IMG/VR virus record: IMGVR_UViG_3300050029_000044
Span: 1-29,923 of that record
DNA from: a virus
Direction: 5' to 3' (one strand)
DNA: 29,923 bases
Shown here: one piece after another, positions 13,047-22,874 of the stretch
Layout: the number at the start of each line of letters is the position of its first letter
How positions within the stretch are numbered: the first letter of the stretch is position 1
Position numbers and translations under genes: made by a program
Notes under the pieces: generated by a model
What the model was told of the DNA's origin: nothing
Database searches by the model: none
What the model saw: only the letters and a program-made list of their open reading frames with translations

Positions 13047-14930
13047 ATGGCAGAAGATACAATCTATAGTTTGGTCCATAAGGCAGAAACGAACCATATT
13101 TTAGGAAACGTCAAGGTTTCTAAGTATGTGTTTCAGAACTTCTATGAAGACGTTTCAACTATTGAAGCATATTTGAACTCACGACACGTTTCAAGTGATA
13201 AGGATTCATTAGGAAGGGATAAACCATTCTTTAACATTGTCTTAGCGGCAAGGAATATTTGGTTTAGATGTACTGATTTAGACCGTAAGAACATCGTGGC
13301 TAAGGCTCGTAAGAGTAAAGATGCTATTGCCTCTTTTCTTTTTACTATCCACTTAAAACAATGGATGCGTGATGAAAACTTTGGACAATACTTAAACGAT
13401 TGGGGTATGCAATTAGCTTCTTATAACTCCGCAGTTACCAAGTTTGTTGAAAATTCAGAAGGATTACACATCAAAGTTATCTCTTGGGATAAACTCATAC
13501 CGGATATTATAAACTTTAATGCTAACCCCAAGATTGAAATACTTGAACTAACCCAAGAGGAGTTAAGGAAGAATCCTAATTTTGATCAGGAAATGGTTGA
13601 GAACCTTATCCAAGCCCAAGTTAATCGTAAGACTATTGACCGACAACCTAAAGATGTAAATAAGGCTAATTATGTACGTTTATATGAAGTCCACGGAGAA
13701 CTTCCACTTTCTTACCTTACAGGCAAAGACAAAGACAAGAACGAATATGTCCAGCAGATGCATATCATCTCCTTCGTAGGAGGAAAACAGGATGGGACTT
13801 TTGACAATTTTACCCTTTACTCGGGGAGAGAGAAACAAGACCCATACTACCTAACCCAGTTAGTCCCAGCAGTTGATGGCTCAATATCTCTTATGGGTGC
13901 AGTTAAAAGCCTATTTGATGCCCAATGGATGACCAACCACACTATTAAGAACATCAAAGACCAATTAGACTTAGCTTCCAAACTTATCTTCCAGACCAAC
14001 GATCCAGCTTACGCTAACCAGAATGTCTTAGAGAACATTGAGCAAGGTCAGATAATGGTTTATCAGAATGCACCTGGGATTAACCGACTTGAACAGGTAG
14101 CCAACAACAGCCACGACATCTCAGCTTTAGAGAGCTTTATGGGGCAATGGAAAGAACTTACCCAAACTATCACCAATACTCCTAATGTGATGTCAGGAAT
14201 GGCTACAAGTAACGTAGGAGCTTATAGGAAAGAGTTATTGATGATTCAACAGTCTCAAGCTAACTTTGATATAATGGTTCAAAATAAAGGGTTAGCCATT
14301 GAGCAAATGATGATTAAATACATCACCCCTTATATATTAAAGAAACTAAATAATAGTAAAGAAATAGTAGCCGAGTTAGGAGATTACGGGATAGATAAGA
14401 TTGATCGAAGGTATATTTCTAATGAATCTGCTTCAAGATTTAATGAGAAAGCAGTTCAAGCAGTTATAGATGGTACTCAATTACCTGAACTTGCACAGGA
14501 GCAACAAGATGTAGCCGGTGAACTTCAAGATATGGGTGGAGTAAGATATATTAAACCATCTGATATTAACGACGTAATGTGGTCTGACATATTTGAGGAC
14601 TTTGAAGTTGATATTGAATACCAAATTACTGATGAGAATGGTGACCAACAAACTATACTTTCTTCACTTAATAGCTTATTGCAAACATTAATGACTCCAG
14701 GTGGGATACAAGCAATCCAAACCCCACAAGGCAAGTTAATATTTAATGAGATATTAGACCAGTTAGGTATTATAAGTTCAGTAGAGTTTGATGCTTTACC
14801 ACAACCCCAAGCGATGCAAGGAGGCGGAATACCACCGCCAATACAAGGTCAGCCGGGACAACCAGCAGGAATGCCAACGGGTATTCCTCCCCAAGCTCAA
14901 GCTATGATGCAACAAGCAATAAAAAAATAA
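13047..14930 (+). CDS. Portal protein (627 aa).
   Basis: First large ORF after terL, with typical size and position. Gly/Pro/Gln-rich C-terminal tail. CGGTGGA SD. Confidence 0.7.
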   Translation: MAEDTIYSLVHKAETNHILGNVKVSKYVFQNFYEDVSTIEAYLNSRHVSSDKDSLGRDKPFFNIVLAARNIWFRCTDLDRKNIVAKARKSKDAIASFLFTIHLKQWMRDENFGQYLNDWGMQLASYNSAVTKFVENSEGLHIKVISWDKLIPDIINFNANPKIEILELTQEELRKNPNFDQEMVENLIQAQVNRKTIDRQPKDVNKANYVRLYEVHGELPLSYLTGKDKDKNEYVQQMHIISFVGGKQDGTFDNFTLYSGREKQDPYYLTQLVPAVDGSISLMGAVKSLFDAQWMTNHTIKNIKDQLDLASKLIFQTNDPAYANQNVLENIEQGQIMVYQNAPGINRLEQVANNSHDISALESFMGQWKELTQTITNTPNVMSGMATSNVGAYRKELLMIQQSQANFDIMVQNKGLAIEQMMIKYITPYILKKLNNSKEIVAELGDYGIDKIDRRYISNESASRFNEKAVQAVIDGTQLPELAQEQQDVAGELQDMGGVRYIKPSDINDVMWSDIFEDFEVDIEYQITDENGDQQTILSSLNSLLQTLMTPGGIQAIQTPQGKLIFNEILDQLGIISSVEFDALPQPQAMQGGGIPPPIQGQPGQPAGMPTGIPPQAQAMMQQAIKK

Positions 14931-14943
14931 TCGGTGGAAAATT

Positions 14944-15075
14944 ATGCCTTTTAAAAGTTCCGCACAAGAGAAATATATGATGATGAAACATCCCGAAATA
15001 GCAAAACGGTGGGCGAAAAAATACGGGATGCCTAAAGGTCTGCCCAAACACGTAAAAAAAACTAAAAAAAAATAA
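14944..15075 (+). CDS. 43-aa basic miniprotein (MPFKSxAQxxYM-type conserved phage peptide).
   Basis: MPFKSSAQEKYMMMKHPEIAKRWAKKYG resembles a small family common next to phage head genes (from memory). CGGTGGA SD. Confidence 0.5.
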   Translation: MPFKSSAQEKYMMMKHPEIAKRWAKKYGMPKGLPKHVKKTKKK

Positions 15076-15076
15076 A

Positions 15077-15175
15077 ATGGAAGAAGAAATTATAACACCG
15101 GAAGAACCGGTACAAACAGAGCCAACGGTGGAAGCTCCTGTAGAAGCACCAACGGAAACTCCTGTTGCAGAATAA
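15077..15175 (+). CDS. 32-aa acidic Pro/Glu/Thr-rich miniprotein.
   Basis: Own translation. TAATG overlap with the next gene. Confidence 0.35.
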   Translation: MEEEIITPEEPVQTEPTVEAPVEAPTETPVAE

Positions 15176-15735
15176 TGCAAAAAATGCGATATAGCGACAA
15201 AGAATTGTTGCTTATTAAAGGAGTATTCAGTGAGAACGAGGATTTGTTTAAAAGTATGCGTAAGATATTCTATCAGATGCCTTTAACAGCGATAGATTTA
15301 GGTAGATTTCAAGTGAGTTTAAAGAGCAAAGAGTTGTTGGCGATATTGAGGAAGATGTTCTTGCCTATATTAGACTCAGAACTACCCTTACAGCAGAACA
15401 TAGACTTAATGATGACGATTAAACTGAATGAAATGCCAGTAAGCGAAGGAGCAGTTCATCTTAAATCAATAAAGATTTGGATAGATTATATGAATCAACA
15501 GTTAAAAGTAATTGAGTCGGGCAAGTATGCAGTGAAATCGCCCAAAATAAACTTTAACAAACTTACAGACTTAAAGGATAAAACTGATTGGGATATGTAT
15601 ACAGATGTCTTAGCAAGGAATACTATAATCAATCATACGGAACAATGTCTAAGGCAATTACTTATCTTAGCCGGTAAAAAAGACGAAACACCCGAACAAA
15701 CAGTTGAGAGATTATCAAAGGATAGCAATAAATAA
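15175..15735 (+). CDS. Hypothetical head-module protein (186 aa).
   Basis: ORF track and position. Confidence 0.6.
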   Translation: MQKMRYSDKELLLIKGVFSENEDLFKSMRKIFYQMPLTAIDLGRFQVSLKSKELLAILRKMFLPILDSELPLQQNIDLMMTIKLNEMPVSEGAVHLKSIKIWIDYMNQQLKVIESGKYAVKSPKINFNKLTDLKDKTDWDMYTDVLARNTIINHTEQCLRQLLILAGKKDETPEQTVERLSKDSNK

Positions 15736-15768
15736 AATTAAATTAGAGTAGCCTCTCCCCAAAAGGCA

Positions 15769-16371
15769 TTGAGTCGCCAGACTCCACAAAATATGGAAGA
15801 AGAAATTGAGAACTTGGACTCTCCAAACCAAGAGGAAAGCACTCCTGAAAATGCACCGGAAATAGGGTTACCAGCCGACCCTATTGAGGTTGAACCCAAA
15901 GACAGAGAGGCAGACCCCGAAGCTCTTAAGCAAGAACTTCAAGCACTTTATGAGCAGAATAGAAAGCTCAAAGGTTTCAAAAGAGACAAAGACGGTAAAT
16001 GGGTTAAAAAAGACACCCTACAAGTAGCACCTAAAGAACAAAAGGTTTCTGAAGATGTTACGAGAACCGAACTTTATTCTTTAATGAAAGCCAATGTGCC
16101 GGAAGAAGATACCAACGAGGTTGTTATCTTTGCAAAATCTCACGGAATGAACGTAACCGAAGCCCTAAAGGACAATAGGTTAAAAGCCATTCTGAAGGTT
16201 AATGATGAGTACCGCAAATCGGCAGAAGTTGCTAACACTAAAAATGCACGATATGGTACTAATAAAGTATCTGACGAACAAGTTTTAGCAGATATGGCAG
16301 AGGGTAAATTACCCGATGTTGCCACATTAGCTGATTTAAGAGAAAAGAAACGACTGGAAAAGACTAAATAG
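15769..16371 (+). CDS. Scaffolding-like protein (acidic, coiled-coil). Start is TTG 15769 or ATG 15793.
   Basis: Glu/Lys-rich helical sequence immediately upstream of the capsid gene. Confidence 0.5.
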   Translation: MSRQTPQNMEEEIENLDSPNQEESTPENAPEIGLPADPIEVEPKDREADPEALKQELQALYEQNRKLKGFKRDKDGKWVKKDTLQVAPKEQKVSEDVTRTELYSLMKANVPEEDTNEVVIFAKSHGMNVTEALKDNRLKAILKVNDEYRKSAEVANTKNARYGTNKVSDEQVLADMAEGKLPDVATLADLREKKRLEKTK

Positions 16372-16380
16372 CGGTGGGGA

Positions 16381-16406
16381 ACTGTTTAGTATATTAACTA
16401 AACGGT
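16381..16406 (+). promoter_or_regulatory. 9-bp hairpin overlapping the capsid-gene Shine-Dalgarno.
   Basis: actgtttag (16381-16389) pairs with ctaaacggt (16398-16406), including one G-U pair. SD GGTGG is at 16404-16408. Confidence 0.4.
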
Positions 16407-16415
16407 GGAACAACG

Positions 16416-17291
16416 ATGACAACGACAGGTATTAACTCTTTAAGTTCAACAACTTATAGGGTCAAATTTAAACAGGCAAATCTTGATAGAATTTTAAGAA
16501 GGTTTTTAATCGCAGAGAAAATCTGCGAAGTAGATAGGACAGATTCATACTTAATCAGAAACCCATATGGATCTCAGCCAGTGGCTCAAATGTCTGTTAA
16601 TGGAATTAACGGAACATACACGGTTGATGATTACTCGACTACTGATGACTCATTAACAGTGACTGATGAAGTAAAAGTTGCCGAGCAAGTTTATGACTTT
16701 GAGCAGACATTATCAAACTTTGATATGTACGCCAACAGAGCCGATGAACAAGCCTATGCTTTTGCTGCTAAGATTGACTCATTTGTACTAAATTACTTGG
16801 GTTATTCAGCAACAGGAGCATACACAACTCCAGTAGGAGGTTTCACAACTGCATCAAACGTTATTACAATCTTGTCTAACCTACAATCAAAAGTTATGGG
16901 TTATGCAGATGCATATAAAGGTACATTCTTGGTTCTTGAGAACACAGACGTTACAGGAGTAATGGCATCTCAAGCTAACAATGGTTTCTCATTCGCAGAT
17001 TCAGCATTAAACAATGGTCTTTTGACAAGAATGATGGGAACAGAAATCTATGTTACAAGGACTTCAACATTTACTAACTCAGCTATTGGTACATTAGCAG
17101 CCCCAGCAATGAGTGGTTGCAGACTATTCGGAGTTAATAATGTTGCTACTTATGCAGCTCCAAGAGGAGTGCAAGTAGAGGAAAAAGCTGTATCAGGCAA
17201 GACCGGCAGAGAGTGTGTAACGTGGGGTTATGTAGGGTTCAAACTATGGACAACAAAAGCCGCTTTAATAGTAAAAATAACATTAGCTTAA
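16416..17291 (+). CDS. Major capsid protein (probably HK97-fold), 291 aa.
   Basis: Size and position after the scaffold-like gene. Strong SD. Followed by a very stable hairpin. Confidence 0.7.
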   Translation: MTTTGINSLSSTTYRVKFKQANLDRILRRFLIAEKICEVDRTDSYLIRNPYGSQPVAQMSVNGINGTYTVDDYSTTDDSLTVTDEVKVAEQVYDFEQTLSNFDMYANRADEQAYAFAAKIDSFVLNYLGYSATGAYTTPVGGFTTASNVITILSNLQSKVMGYADAYKGTFLVLENTDVTGVMASQANNGFSFADSALNNGLLTRMMGTEIYVTRTSTFTNSAIGTLAAPAMSGCRLFGVNNVATYAAPRGVQVEEKAVSGKTGRECVTWGYVGFKLWTTKAALIVKITLA

Positions 17292-17303
17292 TATAACTTC
17301 TCC

Positions 17304-17384
17304 CTTGCGAGGAGAATAAGATAACTTATTAAGCTAATGTCCCACCGATGTCGGCAAAATAAGTTATCTTATTCTCCTCGCAAG
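17304..17384 (+). promoter_or_regulatory. 27-bp perfect inverted repeat with a 27-nt loop, directly after the capsid gene. RNA processing/stability element or terminator.
   Basis: cttgcgaggagaataagataacttatt (17304-17330) is the exact reverse complement of 17358-17384. Confidence 0.8.
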
Positions 17385-17412
17385 ATGAAGGAAATTAACT
17401 AAATAAAATACT

Positions 17413-17655
17413 ATGGCAGAATCTAATAGTTTAAATCCCACACACGACCGAGTAGGACTAGCAGGTAATGTATGGATATTTTCATTTCCTATAAACGGTA
17501 GTGATTCAACCATTAAAGCAGCGGCTGGTACAGCAGGTACAGATTATGCCGCCGGTTCAATCGCTGTTTGTACTGGAGGTTCAGCAATTCAAGGAAGTAC
17601 ACCTGGTGTATTCGTATTAGTAACTACTACGTGGACTCAGTTGACTATAAACTAG
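17413..17655 (+). CDS. Small Gly/Ala/Thr-rich virion protein candidate (80 aa), possibly head decoration.
   Basis: ORF track, position after the capsid gene, composition. Confidence 0.5.
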   Translation: MAESNSLNPTHDRVGLAGNVWIFSFPINGSDSTIKAAAGTAGTDYAAGSIAVCTGGSAIQGSTPGVFVLVTTTWTQLTIN

Positions 17656-17701
17656 AGCTTGTGACTCTTTTCTGCTCATAAGAAATTGTGGGCAGGATAA
17701 G

Positions 17702-17791
17702 ATGACAAAAGCCGAAACAATTATACAATTATTAAAACTGGTGGGAGGTTTAGTAATCGCCACCGAATTATATCTTATATGGAAGAAATAG
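17702..17791 (+). CDS. 29-aa membrane-like miniprotein.
   Basis: Own translation: MTKAETIIQLLKLVGGLVIATELYLIWKK. Confidence 0.3.
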   Translation: MTKAETIIQLLKLVGGLVIATELYLIWKK

Positions 17792-17916
17792 AAAAAACAG
17801 AAGAAGAAATTACAGAGGAGTTTTTAAAAGAATACACTGAGTTACGCAAGAAGTATGGCAGGGATTTCAGTGTAGAGGTACGACTTACTCCTGAGAAAGT
17901 AAATATACCAAAATGA
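17779..17916 (+). CDS. 45-aa acidic miniprotein.
   Basis: Own translation. ATGA overlap with the next gene. Confidence 0.35.
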   Translation: MEEIEKTEEEITEEFLKEYTELRKKYGRDFSVEVRLTPEKVNIPK

Positions 17917-18755
17917 TTACCTTTGTAGATTTATTCCCAAAGATAAGGCAACGATTGGCAGAGGAAACGCAGGCAAAGATGTTGAGGGACACTAAAAAGT
18001 ATTGGGATAACCCCTGGAAGCCACGAGAACAGCCTACGGCAGATTCAGTACTGATTGAACACGTAATAGCAAAAGGTGATGTAAAAACCTATTGCTTAGG
18101 GGCTAAAGAGCCAATAAGAGGATATGCAGACGCCCAGACAGTTATCTTAACAGCCACTTATAAGAAGTTATTTACCTTTATAGCTGAGGATTTTAAACGA
18201 AGGAGTTGGTTAGGCAAGATTATCACTTTACTTTATTGGAAACGGAGTGCAAAGATATGGTCACAATGGTTTGGGTACATATTTTCAATTCAACCTTGTC
18301 TCTTAAAAGAAGAATACTGGTCGCAACCTATTAAAGAGTTAAGGCGAGTACTGAAAGGAAAGATTGATGACAACTTAGTAGATATGATTTCTTTGACCTT
18401 AGAGTTTGACGCCGCTTATAGATACAGATTACAGGACATTTTAGGGGAACTTAATAAAAAGGAAGATATAGGAAAAGAGATAGACCGGTTATTCAATATT
18501 TACCTTAAAAGAGAGGAGATGGGAATTACGGGAAAGATGAAGATATTTAAAATGATACTTAAAATCGCCTTATGGTTACCCAAGGTCAGAAAGATGGTAG
18601 AAAAGATTGTCAAGGACTTAAAGATTAGCGAGGTTAAACTGAGCAAAGAAGATATTTACTGGACTAACCAGATTTGTACATATAACTATCGTGGAATGAC
18701 AACCCAACAACGAAGAAGCGAGAATGTAATTAAGTACGGTGGGAATATAATATAA
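17913..18755 (+). CDS. Hypothetical structural-module protein (280 aa).
   Basis: ORF track. Confidence 0.6.
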   Translation: MITFVDLFPKIRQRLAEETQAKMLRDTKKYWDNPWKPREQPTADSVLIEHVIAKGDVKTYCLGAKEPIRGYADAQTVILTATYKKLFTFIAEDFKRRSWLGKIITLLYWKRSAKIWSQWFGYIFSIQPCLLKEEYWSQPIKELRRVLKGKIDDNLVDMISLTLEFDAAYRYRLQDILGELNKKEDIGKEIDRLFNIYLKREEMGITGKMKIFKMILKIALWLPKVRKMVEKIVKDLKISEVKLSKEDIYWTNQICTYNYRGMTTQQRRSENVIKYGGNII

Positions 18756-19504
18756 TGCCAACAGTACAACCCATTCAATTTGACGACACAACCAATAAAC
18801 AAGGAATATGTCAAGATATAGATTTCCTTTGTTGCTCTAACCCGACTTCATTTCCTAAATCCGATAAGGTAAGATTAGTTAATTTAGGATTGGACTCAGT
18901 TTGCGACCTTATACAAACAGTTGATACTAATTGGAAGTTTGAAGATTTAGGACAAACAGATTTACCAATAGGATATATGGATTGGGTTGCCGGACAACAA
19001 GATTATTCTTTAGATAATGCTTTTCTTTCTATATCAGGAGTATGGGAAAATATAACACCCACAACAGGAACAGATACTTGGAAGGAACTTGTACCACTTG
19101 ATAAAGATGTATTTAATAGTAATCAATTCTCCTCGCCACTTTTAAACGCAACAAGAGGTTATTTTATAAATGGAAACTCAATATACTTTAAACCCTCGCC
19201 ACTTGCTTCAACCACTGGCAATAATTCTACGCTTATAGGATATGGATTTAAGGTTTTATTTCAACGAAGCATCAAGTATGTAGCCACAGATGCTACTACA
19301 ATTACATTAGGATATTCACCACTATTTTACAGATTAGCGGCTCTTTATGCTGCACGAGATTATGCGATGGTTAATAGTTTAGACCAATTAAATGCAATAC
19401 TTCAACAAATAGTAATTCAAGAGAATAGATTAAAACAAAATTATGGTCGCAGAAATAAAACTCAACATAACCGCTTTTCTGTAAGACAGGAAAGCAACAA
19501 ATAA
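18755..19504 (+). CDS. Virion protein, possible head-tail adaptor (249 aa).
   Basis: Position only. SD-like GGTGG 12 nt upstream. Confidence 0.5.
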   Translation: MPTVQPIQFDDTTNKQGICQDIDFLCCSNPTSFPKSDKVRLVNLGLDSVCDLIQTVDTNWKFEDLGQTDLPIGYMDWVAGQQDYSLDNAFLSISGVWENITPTTGTDTWKELVPLDKDVFNSNQFSSPLLNATRGYFINGNSIYFKPSPLASTTGNNSTLIGYGFKVLFQRSIKYVATDATTITLGYSPLFYRLAALYAARDYAMVNSLDQLNAILQQIVIQENRLKQNYGRRNKTQHNRFSVRQESNK

Positions 19505-19930
19505 ATGTCAGTCGCTTTTACAAAAACTAATAAATTTGTTTTAAATATAGGAAATAAAGTATTCAACTTGTCAACAGACCAGTTAAAAGTAGCGTTGACA
19601 AATACCGCTCCGACGGCTTCAACTATTAACCAGTATTCAGATATTACCTCCCCTTTGGCAACTACTAACTTGTCAGGAGGGTCACCTTTTAATCTAACTA
19701 CCACCTCTTACACCCAAACTTCAGGAACAGCAAAACTTATTATTGCAGATTTAGTTTTAACGGCCACAGGTTCAGTCGGTCCTTTCAGATATATTATTTT
19801 GTATTCAGACACGGCGACTAATAAGGAAGTAATAGGATATTATGATTATGGTTCTTCAGTGACTATGGCCAGCAGTGATACTTTTACGATTGATTTTGAT
19901 GCAAGCGCAGGGGTATTAACAATAGCTTAA
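19505..19930 (+). CDS. Virion structural protein (141 aa).
   Basis: Thr/Ser-rich, beta-rich sequence. Position. Confidence 0.55.
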   Translation: MSVAFTKTNKFVLNIGNKVFNLSTDQLKVALTNTAPTASTINQYSDITSPLATTNLSGGSPFNLTTTSYTQTSGTAKLIIADLVLTATGSVGPFRYIILYSDTATNKEVIGYYDYGSSVTMASSDTFTIDFDASAGVLTIA

Positions 19931-19931
19931 A

Positions 19932-20858
19932 ATGAGCACAATCGATTTATCACCCCAAGCGGGACACGCAGGCGGGAATGCGACGGTTGATGGAACGGTA
20001 AGAATAACCGGAGTTGATGACACATGGGCGACAATCAGAGCTTTAACATCAGGAAGTGGCGTAGATACTGATTCGGGTAATTGGTATTTAGCAAGGTGTC
20101 AAGGTTCAGGAAACGCAGGCAAGTATGCGATACTGACAAGAACATTTCACCATTATGATTTATCGGCTTTGGCAGGAGCTACAATCACTGCGGCAGTATT
20201 CAAGTTTTATCCAGTATCTAGGACGGACGGATTGGCTATAGGTGCGCTAGATAGTTCAAAGATAGTTCTTTGTGAGGGAACAGTAAGCTCAAATAACGAC
20301 CTGGCGATTGGGGATTTTGATAATTGGGGGACAGTAGATTTTGGAAGGTCAGCGCAACAGAATAGTTTAACAGATAATGCATATAATGATATTACCTTAA
20401 CGGCCGCCGGTATAACTTATCTAAATACCAAAATAGGTAGTATTGCTAAACTTTGTGCTAGGTTTGCCTTTGATTTTGATAATGATGTATCTACTTTGCC
20501 AGGAGGAGGAACAGTGGGAAACCAAGAGATTCAAGCTCATTTTGCAGACCAGGCAGATGCTACGATTCCTTACCTACGCATCACCTACACCCCAGCAGGA
20601 CCGACAAATTATACAATGGCCGTGTTAGCAGGAGCATTCACTTTAACGGGTATAAATGTAGGGTTATCGGTAGGTAAAACTATGTCAGTGGCAGTTGGAA
20701 GTTTTATCCTTACAGGGATTGCTATAGTGATGAGTAAAACAGGTTGGACGTTTGGTGCAAAGCACAACTCCGCAACAGTTAAAGGAACCAAACACTCAAC
20801 CAGTGTCACCAAAGGTACAAAACATTCAAGCACTTGGGTAACTAAAAATAAACACTAA
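19932..20858 (+). CDS. Tail/virion protein with C-terminal internal repeats (308 aa).
   Basis: Repeats AVLAGAFTLTGINVGLSVGKT / VAVGSFILTGIAIVMSKTG and VKGTKHSTSVTKGTKHSS. Confidence 0.55.
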   Translation: MSTIDLSPQAGHAGGNATVDGTVRITGVDDTWATIRALTSGSGVDTDSGNWYLARCQGSGNAGKYAILTRTFHHYDLSALAGATITAAVFKFYPVSRTDGLAIGALDSSKIVLCEGTVSSNNDLAIGDFDNWGTVDFGRSAQQNSLTDNAYNDITLTAAGITYLNTKIGSIAKLCARFAFDFDNDVSTLPGGGTVGNQEIQAHFADQADATIPYLRITYTPAGPTNYTMAVLAGAFTLTGINVGLSVGKTMSVAVGSFILTGIAIVMSKTGWTFGAKHNSATVKGTKHSTSVTKGTKHSSTWVTKNKH

Positions 20859-21100
20859 TGGAAAATCAAGGTAAACTTTCATATCCGCTTGACCAAAATG
20901 ACCAAAAGATTTTAGAACAGACAAGGTTTCAAGAACTTCACGGACTTAAAATAGTTGGAGGATTACCGTATTATTCAGCAGTAAGAGAAATTACTATAAA
21001 CAAACCCACACAGGCGGAAACTTGGATAGAGAATATTAGTGGTTCAATGTATATTGCTTCATATATAAACGGAGTTAAATATCAGTGGAAACAATTATGA
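20858..21100 (+). CDS. Hypothetical tail-module protein (80 aa).
   Basis: ORF track. TAATG overlap. Confidence 0.55.
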   Translation: MENQGKLSYPLDQNDQKILEQTRFQELHGLKIVGGLPYYSAVREITINKPTQAETWIENISGSMYIASYINGVKYQWKQL

Positions 21101-22863
21101 AAATAGAAATTCCAACAGAAAAAGGACAGCTTGTCCAACCTAATAAAGGAGAATTTGATGGAAACATCTGGGCTTCTTATAATATGGATTTTATTTCTAA
21201 TCCTGGTGCGATTAGAGTTTCACCTCAAACCACAGTAGTTTATTCTGACCTCAATTCAACGCCTATGATTTACCCGACACAATTTGTAGAAGGTGCTTTT
21301 CTTGATACTACTGTTAGAATATGGACTATTGCTGATAAGGGAGTGTTTTATACAAATGGTTCTGACCCAAGTAATCCATCTGGGGGATTTACAAAAGACG
21401 CAACCGCAGGAAGTCCGACAGACCTTAATTATTTAACGACCGATGCAGTAGAATGGAATGGTTCTTTGATAGTTTCAAAAGACCAAGTGATTAGTAAATT
21501 AACCGCAGGAACTTGGACTGCTTCATATAAGTCAGGATTTTTAACAGGAACTCCGCACCCATTGGGAAGGGCTTTTAATAACCTTCTTTTAGTGGGTGAT
21601 TATTCTGCTACGTTAGGTGCTATCGTAGCTTCAATAGACATAACTGATAGTATGTCAGCCACACGACTTATATTCGGAAAAGAATTCCAAGTAGTGTGGA
21701 TTCGTTCTTCTTCCAATATGGTTTATATCGGTTGCAGAAATACTCACGGGGGCAGAGCCGTAGTGTTCGTTTGGGATGGTTCATCAGAAAACTTTAATTA
21801 TGCTTATAAGATAAACGGAAGTGAATGCTACGCAGGAGTTATTAAAGATGAAGTACCCTATACAATAAATGAAAGAGGGGAACTACTTGTCTTATCAGGT
21901 TCGGCTTTTACTCAACTGGCTACGCTTCCGGTATTTAATACTGATTTTAATTTAACTGCTGGAAACATTGGTAGAAATGGAATGGCAATCCAAGATAATA
22001 AAATACATATTTTAATAAATGCCTCTAAGGGTTCAACTCAAACTACGGGATATAATTATTTAGAAAATCAATTATCGGGAATATGGGTTTACGACCCTAA
22101 AGTTGGATTAGTTCACAGATATTCTATTACAAAGCACGTTGCTTCTGATATAAATGATTATGGTTCTCCAGTGATTGCTCCTAACGGATATGGCGGTTCA
22201 TTGTTTACGTTAGGAAAAAATGTAGGTAATATTCTTATAGGAAGTGTTCTATACACAGGAAGTGGTGTAAGCAGTAATAATGAGTTAAGACATTGTATTC
22301 TTACAATCCTAAACAATGATACAGATACTACTGCAAAGTCAGGGTACTTTATTACTCCAAAACTTATAGGAACTGGTGCTCAAGAAAACTGGCAGAAAGC
22401 GTGGCTCGTGATTAAATCTTTCTTATCGGCTTCAAGTAAAATCGTCTTAAAGTACAGAACATTAGACAATACTTTTGCTACTTGGAACTCACCTCAGGAA
22501 GGAACTTGGTATAACACGAATTCTTTCACTACCTCAGTATCAGTTAGCGAATTAGCAGTAGGAAATGAAATTGAGATTATCTCCGGCGAAGGTTCAGGAC
22601 TTAATGCTCATATAACGAATATCAACGGAACTATGATTGTGTTAGATGAAACTATCTTAGGTGCATCAGGAACTTTAGCGGCTAGAGCTGGAAACTGGAC
22701 TAAATGTGGAACTGATATTAACTATCAAGGTCAGGAATTCTTTAAGATACCTTTGGCACAGAACTCTACTTGGATTCAATTCAAAGTGGTAGGGTTCTTT
22801 CAGGGTAAAGAAGAAATCAAAAAATTAATAACATTAAGCGAAAATCAACTACCAATTAAATAG
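21097..22863 (+). CDS. Large tail protein (about 588 aa).
   Basis: ORF track starts at GTG 21085. The ATG at 21097 overlaps the upstream stop as ATGA. Beta-rich sequence. Confidence 0.6.
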   Translation: MKIEIPTEKGQLVQPNKGEFDGNIWASYNMDFISNPGAIRVSPQTTVVYSDLNSTPMIYPTQFVEGAFLDTTVRIWTIADKGVFYTNGSDPSNPSGGFTKDATAGSPTDLNYLTTDAVEWNGSLIVSKDQVISKLTAGTWTASYKSGFLTGTPHPLGRAFNNLLLVGDYSATLGAIVASIDITDSMSATRLIFGKEFQVVWIRSSSNMVYIGCRNTHGGRAVVFVWDGSSENFNYAYKINGSECYAGVIKDEVPYTINERGELLVLSGSAFTQLATLPVFNTDFNLTAGNIGRNGMAIQDNKIHILINASKGSTQTTGYNYLENQLSGIWVYDPKVGLVHRYSITKHVASDINDYGSPVIAPNGYGGSLFTLGKNVGNILIGSVLYTGSGVSSNNELRHCILTILNNDTDTTAKSGYFITPKLIGTGAQENWQKAWLVIKSFLSASSKIVLKYRTLDNTFATWNSPQEGTWYNTNSFTTSVSVSELAVGNEIEIISGEGSGLNAHITNINGTMIVLDETILGASGTLAARAGNWTKCGTDINYQGQEFFKIPLAQNSTWIQFKVVGFFQGKEEIKKLITLSENQLPIK

Positions 22864-22874
22864 GTGGAAAACAT

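Noticed and set aside
14796-15180. Minus-strand ORFs 14796-15047 and 14902-15180.
   Set aside because: They are antisense to the portal 3' end and to two SD-preceded + strand miniproteins.
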